Shown here: piece after piece, positions 38,765-50,350 of the stretch
How positions within the stretch are numbered: the first letter of the stretch is position 1
Layout: each line of letters begins with the position of its first letter
From: Chlorokybus atmophyticus
Lineage: Eukaryota; Plantae; Mesostigma and Chlorokybus algae
Reading direction: 5' to 3'
NCBI GenBank assembly: GCA_009103225.1
Contig: RHPI01000810.1
Span: 372,001-436,000 of the forward strand
DNA length: 64,000 nt
Position numbers and translations under genes: made by a program
Notes under the pieces: generated by a model
The model's input: only the letters and a program-made list of their open reading frames with translations
What the model was told of the DNA's origin: nothing
The model's database searches: none

Positions 38765-41700
38765 TTCTGCAAGATCAATGCTGGCAAACTGCCCATCAGT
38801 GATGCTGATCAGCTGGATATGTTCAGGCGTGGCTTGGACACAGATCTCGTGCAGCATGTGGCCGTCAACCCCGCGAGTTTGCAAGAGTGGGCCTCGACGG
38901 ACTTGCCAATGCTGATGTACATGGTTGCTGCTGTGGACAATGTGAAGCGCTCGCATGCAAACATGCAAACCACAGCCAAAGAGGCAGCCCCAGCTTCAGC
39001 TGCAAAGCGCCTGGTCACTGACAACAAACCTTTTGTGAAGAAGGCAAAAACATCTCAGCCTGCTGGCCCCTACAACGCGGCCAAATCCACCATCACTTGC
39101 AACTTCTGCAACATTACAGGTCATGTGGAGGCCAAGTGCTATGCAAAGCAACATGCACAGAAGGCCAAGCAGCAGAAGGACAAGAGATAGGAATTGTTCG
39201 TGGTTGCTAGCTTAGTCGAGCAGAACGACGTCAAAAACTCTGTACTTCTTGATAAAGTTTCCTCTCTTCGTGATGTATCAAGTGTATGGACTGAAACAAG
39301 CACACCACATGTGTTGACAAATGCAAACGGTTGTGTTTCAAGCAATGTTCCATTCTTTGAATTGGTAACTGCTGTTAAGCACTTACACGAGTTGCAATTA
39401 CAACATGCTGTCACTGCATGTGTAGTTATCCCTCGATATCACGGCCCGTGGTCGCGATTGTTAAAAGGGGGAGAATTAATCATGCAACTCTCACGCAAAG
39501 ATACAGGAACTTCACCGTTACAAGTGATCTTTATCAAGCCTGCTACCAATCGCTGCACTCCGACATTAGCTACATTTAATGGTCACTCTTTGCTACTCAA
39601 ATGGAGATTTGAGAGTCAACTTATGGGCACACCATGTACAGCATTGATTGATACAGGTGCAAACCATAACTTTGTTGAACAAGCTTGGGTGAAACGTAAT
39701 AACATACCTTTCACACCCGTCACGTCGTATGTACGTGCCGCTTGTTCCACCCTCAATGCAATTGGGGAGGTGAAGGGCGTTTTGTTATTAACAGCCACAA
39801 GACTCGATCAACTTTCATCGTGGTGGATATAGGTATCCCCGGGGTGGATGTTGTTTTGGGTGAACAATGGCACACCGAAGCAGGTTTGCAATTGAACTCT
39901 CGAGCAAATACGTGCACCCTTCGTAAGGGTAAACGTAAGGTGACGTTAACCGCACCTGTACTCGCACGTGTTGCTCGCGACAATGTTCCGCTCCTCTCTG
40001 CTATGCAACTGAAACGTTGCATGCGTGAACGTGAGGAAGTATATTTGATGCACTTACAACAGGTAGAGACACCTGTTGAACAGGCCGTATCTAACCCTGT
40101 GGTGCAAGAACTTACAGAACAATACGCAGATGTATTTCAGGATGAACTCCCAAAGTTGCCGCCTGATAGAAACAAACATCATATCATTCCATTGGAAGAG
40201 GGGGCAAAGCCACCTTGGCAGCCTATCTATAGGCTACGTCCCTTGAAACAACAAACGGAGATGGAAAAACAGCCCAGGGAACTCTACATTAACAAAGAGT
40301 TATTGGACATAGGTTTGACAACAAAGAGCATATTTCCTTTTTGTGCATCAATTCATTTTTGTGCCCAAAAATGTATGGCAAGCTACGCATGTGTATTGAT
40401 TACCGTGCGCTGAACAAGGTAACTGTGAAAAACAGATACCCTTTGCCTCGGATGACTTGATGATTTGTTAGATAAGCTGTCAGGTGCAACAGTGTTTAGC
40501 ACACTGGATTTCACCAGTGGTTAACATCAAATCAAAATCCACGTGTCAGATATACAAAAAAGCTGCATTTCGCACCCCAATAGGACACTTTAAGTGTAAA
40601 GTGTTACCATTTGGGTTAACAAATGCACCAGCTACATTTCAAGCAGCAATGAACGCGGTATTTGCTGATGAATTGTACAAGTTTGTTACCGGTATATCTT
40701 GACGACATTATTGTGTTCAGCAAAACCCGGGAGGAACACCACAAGCATGTGGAATTGGTTCTAGTTAAGTTACGCGAACACACATTCCATGCCAACTTGT
40801 GTAAATGCAAGTTTGCAAAAGATGAACTACCCTTTCTAGGGCATGTGATTGGCAAAGAAGGATTGAAATTGGATCCTCAAAAGGTGTGTGTGGTGAAGGA
40901 TTGGCCACCACCTAAGGATGTACATCAGTTACATGCTTTCTTGGGGCTAGCCAATTATTTCCGCAAGTTCATGCGAGCATATTCTAGCATGGCAAATCCT
41001 TTAACATCTTTACTGAGAAAGGATGTTAAATATGTGTGGACGGAGGCACATGAGGTTGCTTTTGCACGCATTGAGGATGCATTAACACAAGCCCCTGTGT
41101 TAGCCTTCCCCGACCACACCAAGCCTTTTGTGGTGATCAGTGATGCTTCCACCATTGAGTGTGGGGCAGTCCTTCTACAGGATGACAGACCATGTGCATA
41201 TGAAAGCATCAAGATCATTCCTGCTGAACGTAATTACACAACCACTGAGCAGGAATTGCTCGGGGTGGTGCACGCGCTGCGCACATGGCGTTGCTACTTG
41301 GAAGGTGTGGAATTTTCAGTGAGTATTGATCACAACCCGCTCACATTCTTTCATACGCAACAAAACCTGTCGAGGCGGCAAGCTAGGTGGAATGAATTCA
41401 TTTCTCGTTTCACTTTCACTTGGCAATACCATCCGGGTCGCACCAATGTGGCGGATCCACTAAGTCGTAGCCCTGCTCTTTTGGCACTTACGCGCTCTCG
41501 AAGTACGCGTCTTTTGCAACAGCCTGAAGATTCTTTCATAAAGGAAGTGTCCACAGGCTATAACTTGGATGATCGGTTTATCAGTCAAACCAACTTGCAA
41601 CAGCTTACTGCTGTTGGCAATCCGTGGTATAAAGGGGAGCAGTTGGCAATTCCCAACTCGGGCGACTTGCATAAGCAATGCTTGCAATCAGTGCATGATC

Positions 41701-43622
41701 CGCCGTATGCTGGGCATTTGGGGAAACACTCAAAGCTGCAACAGCAACAGTTATATATATTGGTGGCCGTTAATGCCAGCTGATGTGGATTAATATGTTT
41801 GCACATGTGACGTGTGTCAACGTAATAAGCCACTACGACAAAAACAATCGGATTGCTTAAACCATTGGCACCATAGATTAAATTTGGGATAGTGTCGGTA
41901 TGGAATTGATTATTGACCTACCTGAAACAGCAGCCAAATACACTGCATGGTGGTTTTTGTCGACCGTTAAACCAGAATGGTGCATTTTGCCCCGTGTTGC
42001 ACAACTGTGAGTGCACGGGACTTAGCACATTTATTTGTGTCCACGGTTTTTCGAGTTCACAGTGTACCGCGTGAGCTTATCACAGATCGTGCTCCTCGAT
42101 TTGTTTCCAAGTTTGGGAGAGAAGTATGTGAATTGTTGGGGGTAAAACAAAGCATGTCGACTGCTTTCCACCCGCAAATGGACGGACAAACTAAGCGAGC
42201 AAATCAAATACCGGAAGAAACGCTTCGCCACTACGTAGCTCCTAACCATGCTGATTGGGACAGTACTTGCCAGTGGCAGAGTTCGCTGTGAACAATGCGT
42301 GGCAGGAAAGTGTAAAGGAAACCCCATTTTTCTTGAAGTATGGGATTCGCCCGAACACACCAGCGTCATTGCGTGTACCTGGCAAAGCCATGACTGTACC
42401 AGCGGCAAAAGAATTTGCCACGGATATGCAAGAAAACTTGGCTCGAACCAAGCTATGTCTGTTAGAAGCACAGGACAGGCAGAAAGCTTATGCTAATACA
42501 TATCGAAGAATGTTCACTTTCATTATCGGCGATAAAGTTTTCCTTAACGCAAAGAACATGACCATCAAAGGTACGGGTGCTCGCAAGTTGCTGCCTCGAT
42601 AATTAGGTCCTTTCTCTATCACTGATAGAGTTAGTACGCACGCTTATCGACTGCAATTGCCCCCAAGTGTGCGTATACACAACGTGTTCCACGTGAACTT
42701 GTTGAAACCATACCGCTCAGACGGTAGAACACAACCTCCACCACCACCGGTTGAGGTGGACAGCGAGCTCGAATACGAGGTGGAAGCTATTTTGGACCAT
42801 AAGCTGACTAGTTGGGGAAGCGCAACCCGCTATTTGGTGAAATGGAAAGGGTATGGCCCGGAACATAACAGTTGGGAGCCCGACAGGCATCTTGCGCACT
42901 GCCGCGAGTTGCTTCGAGCTTATTGGGACACACGTCCTGACCCGTGAAACTGTGGGCTTGGTTGATGACAGATTGCCCGTGCAGTTTTATTACCACCCTG
43001 TCATTTCCTGCTATCTCACTAGGTTACAACTACTCGAAATCAAGCATGATCAGCTTGAGTTCAACGAGGACATTGAGAACGTAAGTGGGGGGGGGAATGT
43101 AACGGGAGCAATAATAATAGGGGTAGTATTGCTACCTAGATAACACATTCTGTATGAATAAGTATCTAAACATGCTTATTTATACCTCTTTTTTACGGTT
43201 CCTCGCATATTAAAGGCTATCATGCTTTAGCATAGCATAAATAAGTCTCAATAGGTGTAGAACCGCTTATTCAAGCCTATTTAGAGTCAAAATCGATAAA
43301 ATGTGACCACTATCTCGTTAGGCACCTTGCGATAGGTATCTTTCGATAGGTACCTTATCGATAGGTATCTTATCTGAGCTGTGATTGGCTCGCGCTAGAG
43401 TTCCTAACTACCCTATCTGTAGGGTCGATGTCTAGTTGTGGGTTAATTATCGCGAAATGTATATTTGATATACTCTTAATATAAAAGGTCACATCAAGAT
43501 GTAACCTCACTTTCAGCTCTCTGCTCAGTGGTGGCCACGCCGCTAAAAGGCTTGTTATAGGCGGTGTGGGTGTTGGGGTAGAGGATTGAAAAGGCATCAC
43601 CGGCGACGGTGGTGCTGTTACA
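38765..43622 (+). mobile_element. Ty3/Gypsy chromovirus, 5'-truncated and frameshifted (gag-PR-RT-RH-IN-chromodomain, 3' LTR 43098-43622)
   Basis: Zinc knuckle CNFCNITGHVEAKC, protease LIDTGANHNFV, RT VYLDD, RNase H SDASTIECGAVL...ELLGVVHAL, integrase HDPPYAGHLG/ELITDRAPRF, chromodomain YEVEAILDHK...YLVKWKGYGPEHNSWEP. PPT poly-G+AA, then a 525-bp TG...CA LTR. Confidence 0.93.
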
Positions 43623-44308
43623 ATGGTAGTAAAAGACACTACCATGAGTGAGGTCTGTCACAATTTATCACAATCTATCCCAATTCATGGCATTCCTCCC
43701 CAAGTTAACCCATGAGTTCCTCATAATCCAATGAGGCACTAGCCCACATCGCTGCGTTCGCGGCCGTACCACGGTCGGTCTGCCCGCGGCCTATTGGATC
43801 CGGCCCACAAACGGTCATGACCGACCAAACGGCCATCCTCACCGCGCGACCTGCTATTGCAGTGCAACCGCTCACGTGGCCTTTTGTTGAACTGGCTCGG
43901 CGCGCAGGTCGTGATCCCGCGCCCAGCCTAGGGCAAGCTGCCCCAAATGTTATTGTTTTTGCCTTGGATTTGCCTCAATCCCCTACGAGAGTTGAACCTG
44001 AGACGTCAAGCTCCGTTACCATTGTAACAAATGGGGCCCGACCATTAGGCTATGGTAGTAAAAGACACTATCATGAGTGAGGTCTGTCACAATCTATCCC
44101 AATTCGTGACAGGCGCACTGTATTGAGGCTTAATGCCACATAGCTAACTACCAGTGATTGTTAATGTTGCATTCAACTGTGGTGACGGTTGTGCAGTGAC
44201 AGCTGCCCGGTATTGTACACGTCCACATGCAAAAGTCTTAGCATACATTTAGCAATGCCTAACTGACCGATATGCTCGAAACTTAGAGTAGTGAGACAAG
44301 TACATGTG

Positions 44309-47300
44309 TCACATGGCAGTGCAGTAAACGTTCACCCAATACTTGCCCTCTTGTACACAAGCGCTGTCCTTGTCAAACACGGGGAGCAGCTGAACAATGC
44401 CTTTTGCTTGCTCTATAGTCACAATGCGGACCCCCTCGACGCTTTTCCCATTCCAAAGCGATGCACTTCGTGTCGCTTGTCACATCTAGCTTTGAATACC
44501 AGCAGATAAACGCGACCTTCTTCCACACACGCTCGCCGCTACCACCCCACACCACCACGCGCCCAACAAGGAGTGCCTGAGCCCACCACGTCTCATTTAC
44601 ACCGTCCTCATCACCTTCCCACTCAAGTGTAGAGAACCAAGGCCGCCCATGGAACATCCCAGTTGCGCGCGCCATGTTAACTCCTGATGTCATGTACACC
44701 ACTGCGCCTCCGTTCACCACGCGAACAGCACGCCACCCGTTGGCCAACTTCAATTGTTCCCTCGTCAACCAGCTGTTCAGGGTGGCAGGCAGCTTGTCGC
44801 AGAATGGAGTCAGAAGGGCAACTTGGCGGCTATGCGCAAAACTGCTCTAATTCTGGCTGAACTCCCTCCTTGTCAGCAAATCCATCCATAGCAACTTGTC
44901 CGTCTTCTCCATTACATTACAGTACTGCTGCCGCGCCTGCGCCATACCCGAGCGCAACTCGGGATCCACGACCATGCCATCCTCTCTCACGTATTCCGCA
45001 TAGCTCCATGCCTTCAGGATACGCGCATGGTAGTCCCCGTTGTTGCCACCACGCACCCATTGTTTGATATTTTGGGCGTGCGTCTGCTCCATGCGGTTGG
45101 CGCTGAATCAATTTGGGTGTCCACTGCTAACAATTGCCGGCCCAAAGTGAGTGAGCTGATTCATCTTCTCGATCTTCCAGCCTAACTTCTGTGCGGAATA
45201 TGACGACAGTAGCGGATGCAACACTGCAGATTTGAAGGCATTCAGCTCGTTGTCGGTTGTAGTCAGGGTTTCTCTTGTGTGTTCATGCGCCTTGAGCAAC
45301 TTCTTGTTCCACTGGGCAAGCAATGCTGCAGCAATAGTGAAGAAATCGTTGCCCTCACTGTTGAGCAGCAAACCGTCTGCAAGGACCGGTAGCAGCTGCA
45401 GCACCACCACTTTCTCCACCACCTGAAAGGAGTGGTCGGACAGGAAGAAATCTACTGTGCTTGTGGGTGCCTTAAAGTGCAAAACTCGTAGAGTCGCCTT
45501 GCATGCATCCAGCTTGTGCACATCTGCTTGTGAGCATGTGTCGTTGGCTTTTGTGTTCAACACAAAAGCAACACCAAAGACGTGCCTGGCCTGCAGAATC
45601 TGTCTCGTGGATGGACGCATGCGTTCCTTCGCAGCGTCGTACACAGCAGCAAGCAGGTGGTCAATGATGCCTCCCAGCACATGCATTACGTCAGGGGCAA
45701 GACGACAGTAACAGTCAGCTCCCGGCACTAGCGATTGTTGCCAACCCCACAATGCATTCTGTTGCCAAACCACATTGCCTGGTTACACGGAAAGCTATTC
45801 ATCCTCACGAATGCCGGTAAATTTCCCATTACCTCGTCGACATGCATCGAGTGCTGCTCTTTAAAAGCCTTGGCTGTCTGGCGTGCATTCCTAACACCGC
45901 TATGCAGGTCCGCCCGCAGCTGACGTATTGCTGGTGTGTAGAAAGCCTCGTTCTCAATTCCGCGTCCTCCATTTTCAACAGATCTGATTTGGTGACAAGA
46001 CAAACATCGCAAGGATGTCGTGTTTGATTGCCCGACACACTGCATGCGAGTGTGGCAGTCTACTGCAACACGATAAACTCAGATGCTCCATTAACAACAT
46101 CCTCCATAAGCTGTTTGCCGGCAGGCTGCATCCGGTTACAACCATGCATGCCCACTACCTGCAAGTCGCTGATGTAGTTGGCAAGTGCGGGAAATACACG
46201 ACGCTCGATGCCACTCAGGTCGATGAGCTGCAAACCTTCCAAGCTCGCCCGCTTCACATCCCCTAACACTACATTATTTAAAAGCGTCATGAAAAATCTC
46301 ATGTTCTTGAATTGGGAACGATTTCTTGCCCTGCGCCCAGGTGGGATGCTCGGCCACTGCGTGAACCACCGGCAGAAGTGCTATCATAACAACCCCCATG
46401 TTGCTAGCAGATTTGTCCCAACTGTGGTTGGCAAGTGATGCCATTAGAGGGTAGCCAGAGCGCTTGCCCGCGCTGTTCAGTGTGGTCTTGTCAATGTAAA
46501 AAACGGCAGGCGCCAAGTAGGACGCTTCCCCCAGCTCTCTCCTCAAGTCCACTACAACATCCTTCCACCAATCGCCCGTGGAAATATGGCCAACGCTGTG
46601 CTCGTCACCACTGTATTGGAGATTGAAGCCATTAGCGGCATGTGGATTGCCATATAACCGCGCGAGCCATACCTACTCTAACCAAGAGCATCAACAGCCA
46701 TGCTGGCCTCAAATTGGATACTGCATTTTACAAACCTTGGCCGGCATATATGTGACGCTGATGTCCTGATCCTCAGGGTCTCCAGGCTTGCGCAGGTCAG
46801 TCGTCACATAGTTCCAACACGGCAGCACACTCGCATGTGCATTTGTGACATGGCTCTGATGGTTGAAGCACATGCACCGCACACCGAGAACACCTTAGAC
46901 TGAGAGAAAGCAATTGTGGTCCGGAGGTAGCTGGCCACATGCACATTGGTCTCCCACCGGAGCTCTTCCGTCAAGAAATGTGCATTTAGGATGCACTCGA
47001 TGATCCGCCCCATGTCCGAGGCCAACAGGCCTTGGCCGTTGTTGCACTGCACGAATGCCACTGTAAGAGCATGCTCCAAGCCATCCTACCTGGATTCTGA
47101 CGCGTGCGAGGAGACGCCTCCACTTTCATGTTGGCGTGCCACAGGTTTCTCAGGCACACGCACACATCGAAAGCCCTCGTTCACTTCCTCCTCCTCCTGT
47201 TGCTGCTGTGCGTGTGTCTCCTGGAGGGGTTCTTCAGCAACAAGCATGTGCGCATCCTCGAATTTCCGGGTTCAACATGACCCGCATTGTACTGTAATGG

Positions 47301-47412
47301 ACGCTGGCCGACATGTAGCTTAATTTGCTTGCACCCTGCTGCTAACAATGTGCATGTAGACCAAGCTGCGTGTGGCGAAGCGCATGTGGCAATACGGACA
47401 AAGGACTCCCAT
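44309..47412 (-). pseudogene. Plavaka transposase, full span, multiple frameshifts and stops
   Basis: ATG at 47412 (MGVLCPYC...). Core motifs as in copy 1. C-terminal RATGMFHGRPWFS...ETWWAQALL...AFICWYS...GIVQLLPVFDK...YWVNVYCTAM* (TGA 44309-44311). Confidence 0.8.
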
Positions 47413-47887
47413 AGCTCACTGACGTCGACACAGGTGTCGCCAATGTAACCTGCATCATCATATCCAGCAACACGCACAGCTGCCGCCGCCGCCGCCGCCG
47501 CCGCCGCTACCCTTGCATGCCAGAGGCGGGAAACTTGGCCGCCATTCGCTGGCGTGATGGCTCCGTCGTACCAGTACTATGATACGATCGAGCCATTGCA
47601 CATCCAGGGTGGGGTGAGGTTGCATAGATATCCTGAAAGGATCGTTTCAATGGTACGAAGACGCAGTTGCCAAAAGGTAACATTGAAATGGTATCTTTGT
47701 ACAGTGGCAATGGCAATTTGTACCATTGACAAGTGTTGGCAATGCCAGTCCCTGCGCATGAAAACACCATTGATGGCTCCGCCAAGCTATGCCCTTACAG
47801 GGTGGTGATGCCGAGGGTGTGTGGCGTTTGGTGGGTCGTTGGTGGCGCTGCCAGGGGGCGTAGTGGGCGTTGTGGTCGAGGTCCAGG

Positions 47888-48729
47888 ATGAAGCTCATGT
47901 TCACACAGGGCGGGCAAAATGCCGGTGGGGTGTCCTTGGTGTCAAACCCCACCATGCCTACCGAGGGCACAGCCAATGACAACAGTAACTTGGGAGATAT
48001 CTTACCGTGCTCCCCCTTCGAGTGGGCAAAGGCACACCACAATATTGCCTCTAAGATCATCCGACCCACCAGCAGCTGCGACCACGGCAACATGATTGAA
48101 GGGACTAAACAAGACTGGCATAACCAAGGTGGGTTATGATGCACTGTCAATGACACATGCCAGGATTCTTTTATCTTGCACATGCACAGCCTCAAGTATC
48201 TTGCACATGACATACACTGTCAATACCACATGCACACCCTCATGCATAGCCTCCAGTGTCATGCACATGAACAGCATGACCTCTAACAAATGCACAGCCT
48301 ATTTCTACTTGCGGGAGCTCATAAGTCGCAAAAGAGAAGCTGCGGAGTACCACGAACGGGTAATCCATGATTCACGTCAATACTTCTAGCGGCAATTAAG
48401 CAGTATGCTTGCAAATTGCTATGTTGGTTAGAGTGAACCAAGAGCAGCGCGGCATGTTAACTGTCTGCCTAGCGGAGTGCAAAGTGGAAGGCAAGGTAAG
48501 CATGTATATGCTGATGGGCTAGTGCTCTGGCAGCACGCCATTCTTACAGCATTACCAAATGCAAGTGGTCACTCTCAAAGCGACCATCAAGCGCATGCGC
48601 GTGCACGGCGAGGTGCCGACATTCAAGCTGAAGGACGAAGTAGCCGCTGTATTGTCAGCAAGCGAGGCAGAAGATGACTCCAATGTTGAAGCAGAAAACT
48701 TGTAAGAGAAGGAACATGAGTGGGGTTGA
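47888..48729 (+). pseudogene. Degenerate copy of the Plavaka accessory gene
   Basis: Homologous to 2961-3816, including the VVTLKATIKRMRVHGE segment, with extra stops. Confidence 0.4.
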
Positions 48730-50350
48730 GGCGGAATTGAAGCAGGCACCACAGGTTGACAAACTGCACATGAGTGCGACAGCTTGACTCAATGTTGTAG
48801 GTAGTCTCATGCGCAAGTCGGTTGCTCAATTGCAAGTGGACATACTCTTACCACTGCCGGTATGATGTATATATTGTGGGCTTATAATTGCGAGACCAAA
48901 CAATCAATCCAAGGTTTGTACAAGCTGTTTGGCATGTTGGTGTTGGCTTACGGCAAGAGTTGTCAACTTTTATCAAATGATAATTGTCATATATCAACAG
49001 CAGTGTAACGGCAAGGAACGTTAGCCATCCGTAACTACCGGCTAACGGCCGTATGTGCACATCGATCAAAGGGTATTGGTTGACAACTCTCGGCCGATTA
49101 GTGCCACTAATCACCACTTTCGGCCCGTGGCTATCTGCGTCAGTCCACGTAAGCCAACGGCAAACCCAACATTCCCAAAGTAACTTTTCAGGCACCCGTT
49201 AGTCCCTCAGTCCTTAGTCAGTCACCATGTAAAATTTGCAATGCAGTACTTATAATGCTAAGCAACAAACTAACGACACTACCCGATGGGGCTGTTGCTA
49301 TGTGCTGTGTGACCAGCAAGTAGCGTGGCAGCGGCAGGTAGGCAAGACCAACAGCACCGCTCAGCTACCTGCAGAGGGGAGGAGAGGAGAGGCAAGTCAA
49401 GTTGTCTAGCTCCAGTGTCTGCATGCACAACACACGAACAACAAGGATGCTGCAAGTGCCAACGCCGCCCCCCTGCCCGAGTCACGAAGTTAGCAATGAG
49501 ATAGATGTGCTTACGCATAGGTCCATAGGTCAAGCCTCTTTAGCGATTGCTGCTTGCCTTGTTGGTTATCAATACATACTCATGTTTGCTGCGTATTTTG
49601 CTATAACAAATGGCCATTTGATTCTACCATATGATAACAATTTATGCATTAAGCTCATAACAAAACTCCCACATTATCGCATCTTTCTCTTAAACCACCA
49701 TCACCTTCAGCCTATGGAGGCTTTATTCCACGTGCACATTATGTTAGCAACATGCTCACATGGCATGTGAGCATGTAATTATTATGTGATATATGAAGCG
49801 TGACGCCCACATAAGATGTTAGACAGACCAAAACGCACTGCCTTAACATGTTTGTTGTGCAGAATATAAGGTTTCAAGAACTTATGATTTGCATTTACAA
49901 ATCGAATCATCTCATCATTAACTGCTTGGCATGCTTTTTTATAAGTATATAGGCAAAGAACATACTAGGATTGTAGAACTCCCAGAGTTTTAAAGTCCGC
50001 GTATGATGACGTGCTTGTCACATCACTGGTTTCCAGTGATATGACAAGCACAACAATTAAACACCAACAACTGCCACGATCGCACAGCACACACAGTCAG
50101 CACGATCAGTAAGTTAGCAATAGGCCAGCAGTTAAGTAGCAAGTACATGAAAGCAATGATGCGCTAGGCTCTTCAGCGCATCCATGGATGTAGCAAGCAG
50201 TAGTTGATGCCACGGGCTCACCTACACTCAAGCGCCCACAGTGAGTTCCCAACTGCCATGGGAGCAACCAATTACAGTGGTCTCCTGTTTTTTATCCCGC
50301 GCTATATAATATTCAATACATCACTTGAACAACTCCTGCATATATATGTA

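Larger units (their letters stand above)
38209..44111 (-). mobile_element. TRIM family 1, copy B (38209-38242 plus 43623-44111), split by a 5.4-kb nested insertion
   Basis: Reverse complement of 33892-34391, with an intact 89-bp LTR at 44023-44111. TSD GGCGC at 38204-38208 and 44112-44116. Confidence 0.85.
35805..44126 (+). pseudogene. PHD-like Cys clusters + Tudor domain + phage-type C5 DNA cytosine methyltransferase fusion. Coding sequence is about 35805-38208; the last codons are displaced to 44117-44126 by nested insertions.
   Basis: Cys-rich blocks CHGC...CPCCKQPVH and CLVCPQCN..CHDFSAAC. Tudor-like LIGVSVVVHWPLDGEWYAGVV...GQHCIIFDDDD. Then, in the same frame after TGA 37459-37461: LDLFCGGGG (motif I), WASPPCQAYS (IV), after a frameshift FVIENVPG (VI), LCGTMFGL..FRHRLFE (VIII), and LANAVP (X). 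Confidence 0.85.
44117..49239 (-). mobile_element. Plavaka-type DNA transposon copy 2 (minimum extent; the left boundary may lie near 28 kb)
   Basis: Colinear with 1-4365 from 44983 onward. It also carries the C-terminal transposase region that is missing from copy 1 in this window. Confidence 0.8.

Noticed and set aside
37462-43622. Assigning the C5 methyltransferase to the chromovirus (a DNMT-carrying retrotransposon)
   Set aside because: TSDs show that the TRIM and chromovirus inserted into the 3' end of the pre-existing MTase gene, so the MTase lies outside the LTR elements.
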